Of a DNA stretch of 64,000 nt, positions 13,460-22,896 are shown piece after piece (position 1 is the first letter of the stretch; the number at the start of each line of letters is the position of its first letter). The DNA comes from Folioceros fuciformis (Eukaryota), in NCBI GenBank assembly GCA_049999805.1, contig JBNGIO010005900.1:1-64000 (forward strand), written 5' to 3'. Below the pieces are notes generated by a model. That model was given only the letters and a program-made list of their open reading frames with translations, searched no databases and was not told the origin of the DNA. The position numbers were made by a program, and so were the translations under genes.

Positions 13460-15676
13460 ATGGCGGACGCGGTGGTGTCGTCTCTGACGAACACGCTGCA
13501 CTGCGATGGCTGCAGCCTGGATGCTTCTGACCCGGTGAACCAGGCTTGCTGCACCTCGATCATGGCTGGAGGAGGAGGAGCAGGAGAGTGTGCCGACAAG
13601 GCAGGCGTTGCGGAGACGAAGCGGAAGAACCAGGAGAGCGAGAGGCACTCGACTTGTGGGAAGCGCGAGGATGGCCAACTCTCGGTAGGGCTGCATCTCA
13701 AATTGGTGCAGGAGCTGGAGGGACACACGGACCGGGTGTGGGGATTGGCATGGAGCCCGGCGGGCTCGGAGGGGAGCAAGTCCTTGTTGGCTTCCTGCAG
13801 TGGGGACAAGACTGTCCGGGTTTGGCAGCACTCTGCCGCATCTCCTTCCGTGGCAGGCAGCTGGTTCTGCGATTCGGGTCCTTCTCTTGCTCTTGCCGGT
13901 GCCCATCTTGATTCTTTTTTGTGGAAAGGAAGGTACGATTCCTTGGAGGGATGGTACTTGAATTGATATCCGCGCTGTCCTGTTTAGGCAGTCCTCCAGG
14001 GAACACAGACCCGGACGGTAAGGTCCTGTGACTGGTCACCGGGTGGGAAGTTACTTGCAACTGCAAGCTTTGATGCAACAACCGCGATCTGGGAGAACGT
14101 TGGGGCTGAATTTGAGTGCGTGGCTTCTCTAGAAGTATGTAACCCCATTCGTCGCAGTGTGGTGAGGAATGAGGGTAGTTCCTTGAGCCTGAAGAATCTT
14201 TGTCTGTAACGTGGCAGGGACATGAAAATGAGGTGAAGGGTGTTTCCTGGAATGCGCAAGGCACACTTTTGGCTACATGTAGCCGAGACAAGTCCGTTTG
14301 GATATGGGAACTGCAGCCTGGCACCGACTTCGAATGCGTCTCCGTGCTCACAGGCCATACACATGATGTGAAGATGGTGCTGTGGCACCCTGCGCGTGAC
14401 CTCTTAGTGTCTGCCAGCTATGATAATACAATTAAGGTGTGTGTGGTTCCTCTCTTCCATCTGGATACCTTCCGCGAGGATGGTCCTTCTGGCTCGCTGT
14501 AATATGCTTCTGGGTCGGGCTGGTGTGCAGATCTGGGCAGAGGACGGGGGAGATGACGACTGGGGATGCGTACAAACGCTTGGCGAGCCTGGAATGTACA
14601 TCCCTTTGGCACATACTCGACTAGTGATGTGTTTCCTTGTACGTTGCTATCAGGTCCGACATGAATTATGACTGTTTCAAACCTGCAGTGGTCACAGCTC
14701 GACTGTCTGGGCAGTGTCATTCAGCGTTTCTGGTGATCGGATGGTGTCAAGTAGGTGCGCTGTTTGCCATTTCATCCAGTTGTATTGTAAATGGGATCCC
14801 ATTTTGGTACCTCTATCTAAATTTTCTGACTCGCAAATTGTTCCTGGGCCTGCAGTGACGATTTGTCGGTAGTGGTCTGGGACTCGAGCACAGACCCATC
14901 GCAATCTGTCGGGGTGGGCTTTGGGCCATGGTAAGAACTCTACCACTCCTGAGAGAGACAAAATCCCTACATGCGTTGGCCCTTAAACAACATCTGATGG
15001 GAGCGTCTAGCTAACTTTCAGCGTTCTGAACATTCATGGGGCAGGAAGCATCTCACTACAATCACTGGTTACCACACCCGCACCATCTTTTCGGTTCATT
15101 GTTCAAGGTCAGCCTGTTGCCTCCTTGAATCAGATCCAGATCCAACACATCCTTGCCACCACATTGTGTCCAATTGACTCGTTGGTTCTGGCTGTGTTTG
15201 TGCAGCTTGCACTCCATCATAGCAACTGGTTCAGGGGACAATTCCGTGCAAGGCTTTGCGGAGGATACCTCATCACCGGTCAGTGATACGTCGGTTTTCT
15301 TCATCTGTTCCCTTCCTCATGAACCCATGTTTGCATGTACAGAATTGCCCCCTGAACCTCGGCAATTCTGTACATGATCATGATGCCTGATCATGTCTTG
15401 TTTTCACCACAGAGTGAACGCCCGTCCTACTCTCTGGTTCTGAAGCATGATAAGGCTCACCTCACTGACATCAACTGTGTTAGATGGCATCCGACCGTAA
15501 GAGCTCACTTCGTTTCTCTGTTTTCTGTTGTGCCCCTTGGCTATCCCTTTCTAACGACCCTGAATCTGCCACAGGATCCAAGAGTCCTGGCCTCGTCGAG
15601 TGACGACGGAACTGTGAGAATTTGGCAAGTTTGTGGAGACATGAGCCCGTACCTGTGTGCCGCAGACGAAACATAG
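13460..15676 (+). CDS. CIA1: WD40 cytosolic Fe-S protein assembly factor CIA1/CIAO1; multi-exon; start at 13460 or 13562
   Basis: [61 protein letters not shown]...[53 protein letters not shown]. These segments are separated by short GT-AG introns. Confidence 0.93.
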
Positions 15677-16041
15677 TGGAGGCCTCCTTGCTCCACATGT
15701 GTCGTCCAAACCCTCGGCCTATTCGAGGCCAGACGTTTGATGGCTGCTGACCGGGAGTAAGCAGACGGTGCGGAATCGGGATCTGGGAAGATTGCAGGCA
15801 GGAAGTAGGAAGTGTGGCTGCGGCCGTTCGTGATACGCAAGACTGCCTAGTGTTTACAGTGCTGCTGGTCGATTGTCCGTTCTCGCCGAGCTCGTAAAGA
15901 ACGCGTTGAGCAGTTCCACCCCATTGCAGGGTTTTCTTACAACATGGGAAAGGGTTGCTGTGAGCACGGGGGTACCGTAACTGTCGTCGCTCGTTTGCGG
16001 TAGGCTTCTTGCTCGTCGCGGTCATGCAGCTTCGAGAAGCT

Positions 16042-16056
16042 AAACCCTAAACCCTA
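16042..16056 (+). promoter_or_regulatory. Tandem telo-box (AAACCCTA) upstream of SRP72
   Basis: aaaccctaaaccctaa lies ~230 bp before the SRP72 ATG. Telo-boxes are typical of plant translation-machinery promoters. Confidence 0.5.
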
Positions 16057-16281
16057 ATCGATGCTGTCTGAGTAGCATACATCAAGGATTGAGCAAAATC
16101 GTCTTGGTACCAGGAACTCGGCATGCCGCGTACACGTGACTAGTATAGGTTTCTAGATCGCTTGCTTTCACAATTAGCTCAAGCACAAGGCATGAGGAAG
16201 TTAGCTAGTGAAAAAGGATTGCAAGGAAGGAAGGAAAATTGCGAGGAGGGGAGCAGGAGGAATTGACGTCGCTCGAGACAT

Positions 16282-18893
16282 ATGGCGCCCAAGGCAAAGC
16301 ACAAAGCTCTGGCCCCGGCGAAAGGGGCATCTGCTACGGATCTCAATACACCACCTTCAGCGCCGCAGGGACCGACCGTGGATGATCTCATAGCTGTCCT
16401 GGATAGACATGTAAAATTCAGGGACGACAAGGAGGCCCTGAAGCAGGCCCTGCAGGTTTCAGAGCAGAGTATCCTCCATGGATTGAGTGATCCATGGCGA
16501 TGTTGCATATTGAATGTCTTCGATGCAGCGGGAGATATTGTACTGTGGTCGGGCGTGAGGGTTTGTGTGATTTGTTGCTTGTGGAGTTCCTTGACCTATT
16601 CGCAGTTTTGGCATTGGATCCTAAGGATCCTGAGGCGATAAGATGCAAGGTTGTAGCTCTTGTGCAGCTGGAGAAGTTCAAAGAAGCGTTGTTAACCATC
16701 GGAGTCAACCAGGCACGAGAAAGTTTGTTTTTCTTCGAAAAGGTTGGTGGATTTGCTCGTTTGTCTGGTATTGTTAGGCGTTATGGATTTTGCAGATCCA
16801 AAGAGCTCTGGCTTTGTCGTTAATACGGTGGGGATGCTGCTTGTGTCAGGCGTATTGTCTGTACAAAGAGAACAGGATGCAGCAGGCACTTAATGCTTTG
16901 AAGACCGGTGACCAGACTGCAGCTGCCATTCAGTTGGAAGCTCAGATTCATCACAAAATGGGTGATTTTGCTGCTTGCATCAGCAGTTATGAGAAGCTGT
17001 TCCACAAGCACAAAGTCGACGCAGATGAAGTGAAGACCAATCTTGTGGCAGCTTATGTGTCTGGTGGGAGATCAAGCGAGGTCCCTGCACTCATGGACAG
17101 TTTGAAAGTGACTCCCAAGACTAGCTTTGACTTGGCATACAATGGTGCATGTTCGTTGATAGAAATGAGGGAGTTTGTGAAAGCAGAAGAGCTGCTTCTT
17201 CTGGCGCGAAGGTGGGTGGGGGCGGTTGCATTTGCTACCCCTGTCTTAATAGTATGAGGAGCAAGTTATCAGTTCACTGATTGTGAGTAAGCGCTGTCTA
17301 CAGGATTGGTCAGGAAATGTTGATCGAGGATGATTACACGGAGCAACAGATAGTTGAAGAGCTAGCTCCCATTGCTGTGCAGCTTGCCTATGTGCAACAG
17401 GTACGAGCTGTGGCTGAATAGGATCCATGTTTTGTCTGCCTTTTTCCAGTCGTGAACCATGGATGAAAATCAACCCTTGAATTTTTTGATTTGGACAGAT
17501 GCAAGGGCGGGCAGCAGAAGCAATGGCAAGCTACAGTGCTTTGTTGAAGCAGAAACCAGATGATGTACCGTCTTTGGCTGTAGCGTCTAATAACTTGATA
17601 GCACTGAGGGGAGCAAAGGAGCTCTTCGATTCTTTGAAGAAGTTTGACAAGATAATTGCAAAGAAAGGGGGACAGTTCGTGGATAATTTGGACCATAAGC
17701 TTTCCGCTCGACAAAAGGAAGCAATGAGCTTCAACCGGTTTCTTCTGCTCCTGTACTCGAGCAAATTTGATCAGGTGACGTCACTCTCTGAGTCGTAGCT
17801 TCTACCGTTGTCAAGAGTAGAAGAACTTATGACGCTGACTAGTGCAACATGTTTCTCGCAGGCACGTGAACTTGTGCCGCTGCTCCAGGAAACCTTTCCG
17901 AACAGTGTAATGCCAACTCTGCTTGCAGGGTCAATGTATCTGAAGGAGGGGAAACCTGGAAAGGCAGAAGAAATCCTAGGGCAATATGTTGACGCCCATC
18001 CTAGTGGTTCAACCGAAGCACTTCTTGTACGTGCTCAAGCAGCAGCTGCTGCAGGCCAGTATCAACGTGCTGTTGAATCCCTGGAAAAGATAGGGGAGTT
18101 AAAGCACATGCCAGGAGTAGTTGCTACTCTAGTCTCCCTCAAAGAGCGAGTGGGGGACGTGAAGGGTGCAGAAGCGGTTCTGGACGCAGCTGTACAGCAC
18201 TGGCAGAACAGCATGCTGAACGAATCCGGTACGTACGAGACAGTCCTTCTGGAAGCAGCAGCAGAGTTCAAGCTAAAGCACAACAACTTGAAGGGTGCTG
18301 CCATTCTGTTTCAGCAACTGGCCAAGAGCCCATCCCCAGTGGCTCGTTCAAAAGCTTTACATGGGCTGATCTGCAGCACAGCTCACTTGAATCCAGCAGA
18401 AGCTGAAGGTTATGCAGCTGAGCTTCCACCACTGCCTGGCTTGTCGGCGCTGGATATAACAACATTGGAGCAGACGGCGAGTGCCACTCCCATGGCAAGC
18501 AAGCACGCTCGGGCTGGGGAAGACGGTTCAACGATCATAGTTGAGGACAAGGCCGACAGAAGCAGACCTAAAAAGAAGCGGAAGAGAAAGCCTCTGTACC
18601 CCAAGGGTTTCGATCCTGCGAATCCAGGCCCACCCCCTGACCCGGAAAGATGGCTGCCAAGGAGAGAGAGGTCCACTTACAAGCCGAAGAAGAAAGACAA
18701 GAGGAGCGCCCAGATAAGAGGTGCCCAGGGGGCTGTGAGCAAGGACAGCAAGGCCTCGGAGCTCAACGTCGGTAGTGGGAAGCAGGTGGGGGCAGGGTCT
18801 GGCAAGCTGTCAGCCGCTTCCAGTTCTGTGCAAGCAGCGGAAGCGTCCCGGCCTCCGTCGCAGAGGAGCAGCAAGAAGAAGGGTCGTCGATGA
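16282..18893 (+). CDS. SRP72: Signal recognition particle subunit SRP72; multi-exon
   Basis: TPR-like N-terminal exons (AYCLYKENR, LEAQIHHKMGDF, FDLAYNGACSLIE, ELAPIAVQLAYVQQ) and the C-terminal SRP RNA-binding motif YPKGFDPANPGPPPDPERWLPRRERSTYKPKKKDKR. Confidence 0.95.
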
Positions 18894-21049
18894 TAGCCAC
18901 ATTCTAGTGTTATAGGCATCTGCTGGTGCAGCTGCTTTTTGCAGCGAGACAAAAAGCAGGTACATGCTTCGCACTGTACGCGCCATGTGTTTCAATATTG
19001 AGTGGTGTCCCGGCTCCCATTGACATACGAGATAGGTGGAAAGCTGCGATCTGAGTTTGATGTATCCAATGCCTGGAACGGGGATATGGCGTACGGGTGA
19101 AGAAGACAAAGGGGAAGGAGGAATAGAGAATGATATCTATATTATCTTCCCCCAGCAAAGCCAAGCAGGGTCCCCCGCGAATTTCTCGATCCGGGTGCCA
19201 AGCTCGTCCCAGCGTAGGGTGTCGGCTGCGTGCTCCTGGGCGATGACTTCCAGGAGCAGGACATGTATGCATACCTGTACATGGTAGATGCCCGTGGGCC
19301 TGGAGAATGTCGTCCTGACAGCGCCGTCGCCGTCGCGGTCGAGGCTGGCTGCAGCAGCAGCAGATTAACAGATGCCAGCAGCCAGAGTGCGTGGCGCTGT
19401 TGTTGAGCATGGGCTCGTGATGGGGCATAGGCCCATGAGAGGGACATGGTGATGATGGGTGAGATGGCATCGGGGCTGCGGCTGCGCGTGCGGCGTGTGG
19501 CGCCCTTGGCTGACGCCGGGGAGGAGCAGGGAGCAGGGAGTCGGACCCGAGGTAGGCTTGCTTGGATGGAAGCCTGAGGAAGGTGCCTGAGAGCTCGGCA
19601 GACGGAGTCGGGAGTGGACAGACGCGGTTGGTTGAAGTTTGTTGGGATTGTGGGTAACAGACACCTCAGCCGGGGCCCCGGAATCCTTGGCCGCGCTACA
19701 GACAAGCAGCTGCATGATCGGATGAGCACAGGCATGTGCCAGGAGCCAGGACGCTGGTGCAGGCTAGAGCCAAGCAGATGGATGGCCTTTATCTCGGCAC
19801 AACCCATGGGCTCCTTGTCCTCTTCCCTGATCCCGGCTGCCGCGCTCTAAGCAGGGGCGGGGCGGGGTAGATGCAAATCCGGATTTACGCCATCTTTGCT
19901 ATCATTGGTATGCGCTTGTTTTTTCCCCTCATGTGGACTGCCTTTTGCAGAGCCTGCTGGGCGGGGTTGTGGGTTCGGACATGGCGGGGAGACGCAATAA
20001 GGCAAGTTGCGCACTGTCGGTTAGTCGCATAGACAATGACACCCCGCAGGCGGACAAAGGCCCTCCCTGATTGATTAGGGAAGCGAACGCGTGGAAGGGC
20101 GGGAAGCTCCTGGCGTTTTGACAATGCCCGGGGGGTCTTAAGGACAAGGGATTTTGGGTTTGCCAGCTGCTTCCAGGCCCAGACCCAGGCCTGCTCCCCG
20201 GGCCGCTTCCCGGCCTGTATGAAACCTCACTCTCGCTTTCCAACGTTCGCTTGTGCCCTTCGCATTCCAATCTCCTCCTCCTGCTCTTCTGGCCTCTGCC
20301 TCTCGTGTGCTCTCCTGTTTGTTGAACTTTTCACCTCGCTCTCCTCTTCTCATCGCCTTTGATTCATCTTGGGAATCTGGAATACATTGAGCCTTTCTCT
20401 CTCTACCCTCCGCTACTAGCTTCTTGTATTTTTTCCACCAGTCTACCCAGCCCCTTGTAGCCTTTAAAGACAGCAATCCCCTTGCACCATAATTCCTTGC
20501 CTTCCTCTGCTCCTCGTTACTGGTGCACCAGCCCCCTAGCTCTTCCTGCACGTCATGTGAGGGATTGGTGGATCCATCCTGTTGCTGGCACGCCTGACCT
20601 GACATATACAGGCTCCCAAGCTCATCAGAGCCCCGTCACATCCCTCCCAGCGCAAGCCTGCTTCTTCGACTCACGTCTGCGTCTTTGTAGCTCGAAGAAT
20701 TGCTTTCTGAGCTGTCTGGGTGGTTCCTTCCCAGTAGACCAATCCTAGTGCAGAGGACTCCGTCTCAAGGTCTGGATTATCACTGGTTGGTTGCCTGCTG
20801 CGCTACACTGTTGCTTGTCCACACAATTCCTTGCCTCCTCGCTTGCTTCTCTGTGGGGCCTGTCGCCAGCTCGTCGTACCATCTCATTCTCATTCCAACT
20901 GTTGTGAGGGATTCCTGCAATTCCTCGAGTGTGTCGAGGGCTCTTTCTTTTTGGACTGCCTTCCCTCCGCGCCAAGCTTCTTGTTGCAATCTGACGAATC
21001 AACTCAGGTTGCAGATTTAGAGTGGGTGGGTATCTTCGAGACCGGGAAG

Positions 21050-21378
21050 ATGAGTACCCGATCCAGCGTTTCGTCGTCCATCCAGCAACCCACTTGCGGC
21101 CTGGACATGGCCTCGTGCGGGCCTCTGCTGGCGACCCGTCCCCGTCCGGTCGTGACTTGCAATATGGATCCAGACGAAGTCCGCACCATGTACGCAGACA
21201 TCTCTCACAGGTGCGTTCCTGGCGTGTGACTGTGGAGCCCGGGCCACGAGCGGAGGCTGAATTTGCTTACATGGGTCACGTCGGGTGTTTGCTGTGCAGG
21301 TCGTCGTCATCAACAGGTTCCCAGGCGCAGCTGGAGGCAAAATTCAGCCAGAAGCTGTCCATCAAATCCGATGGATGA
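21050..21378 (+). CDS. Putative 79-aa small protein of unknown function (exons 21050-21210 and 21300-21378)
   Basis: A canonical 89-nt intron (CAG|gtgcgt...gtgcag|G) joins two ORF pieces in frame: MSTRSSVSSSIQQPTCGLDMASCGPLLATRPRPVVTCNMDPDEVRTMYADISHRSSSSTGSQAQLEAKFSQKLSIKSDG*. No family recognised. Confidence 0.4.
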
Positions 21379-21482
21379 AGTGGGAGTCTCGCAGCCCCTG
21401 AGGAATGGTGTCCAGAGCCGGCACCCCGTGGCCGGATTCGGGCTTTGTAAATTCTTGGTAGCTCCTGTCGCAGTAGGGCAGA

Positions 21483-21537
21483 AAGACAGACAGGCAGGCA
21501 GACAGAGAGACAGACAGACCGACAGACAGACAGACAA
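21483..21537. repeat. Imperfect (CAGA)n microsatellite
   Basis: agacagacaggcaggcagacagagagacagacagaccgacagacagacagac. Confidence 0.85.
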
Positions 21538-22261
21538 ACCATAACTAGCTACGGCTAACAGTAGCCGTCCGTCCCATGGAGCAAAGAGCCTACAAGCAAT
21601 GGCACTTGCCTGGGGCCCCTAAGTCTCGAGCTGGCAGAGGAGGAGAAGAAAGGCTGGGTGTGAAATTGCGTTACGCACAGTTTTGGAGGGGAAGTAAGGG
21701 ATAGCAGATGCGCTGTGAGCTGGAAAGCAGGCTGCAGCTGAGGCAAGAACAAGTCAGTCGTTAGACCCTGTGAAATGTGGTAGGACAGTGAAGCTGAAAC
21801 CAAGTTCCTTTACCTACCATAACGAGATATAACGAGATACACTATATGTACTAATAACCTACGCAAATGTCCAAGTGTAAAGCGGGTCTGTTCGCTGTTT
21901 TGCAACAGCAAACTGGTGCTTCTGGTCTGTGGTGCACGCTTTTCGATTCTGCTGCCCCGCCAGATCCAAGATGAATGCCAGTCGTTGCCAGAACGGTCTC
22001 CAACACCGTCGTGCATGACAACCTTAGCATTAGCGAGCTCCACGTGGGGCCACTATTACAATAAGCACCCTTGTACATACTGACAGCACAGCATGTAGTC
22101 CCAACACACTCCACTCGATCGTCCCTTCTCATTTCCACCTCAAACACAACACAACCCATATTGCATAGACTCACATTCGTCGCCTCAAAACCTGAACCAA
22201 TTGTTGTGGCTCGTCTCAACATAATGTTTATATTGTAAATGCATAAAGTAAGCGGTACATA

Positions 22262-22334
22262 GCCGCCCTAGCTCAGTCGGTAGAGCGCAAGGCTCTTAAC
22301 CTTATGGTCGGGGGTTCGAGCCCCCCGGGCGGCG
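22262..22334 (+). tRNA. tRNA-Lys (anticodon CUU), intronless
   Basis: Cloverleaf: acceptor stem GCCGCCC/GGGCGGC, D-stem GCTC/GAGC, anticodon arm CAAGG-CT CTT AA-CCTTA, T-arm GGGGG-TTCGAGC-CCCCC. AT-rich upstream region and a downstream T-run. Confidence 0.93.
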
Positions 22335-22896
22335 GCAACGTGATGTTTTGTTTCCTTGCTGTACCACCTCGGCTTTGAACGGACATTTATTAACAAACCA
22401 AAGGCGTTCGACGTGAAAGGGTAAGGGGTATGTACATCAACAGGTCGTGCACCAAGGACTAAGGTATCCTCGAAGAGTCATGCCAAGGTGGCGTGCCCTC
22501 CGTTGTGACGCACCTCCCCCTGCAACGATTTGTCTAACTTTGGTTGCCAAGACGCTAACGTCCAAACCTCCCTCTATTTTTTTAAGTTCCTTCCCTCGGC
22601 TCCTCCCAATCTATGACTTATTGCATTTCCCAATTTGTGAATTCTTCCATTTTGGGAGCTCGTAGTGGTGAAGAAATTCTAGATGTCCCTTTCGTTGTGT
22701 GGCTCCCCCTTGTTCGTGGGGGTTCAGATATCTAGGTGCTGATTCATGGTGCCAAGAGGCGCAGACAACCACAGCCTTTCATTCCTGTCCAATATCTCGC
22801 AAGGCTGCACACTTAGCAGCATGCAGTCACTCTCTCTTCTACACCCCACTTGTGGTTAACAGGTTCCCACCCTTTGACCTCACTACTTGGTCGTTC

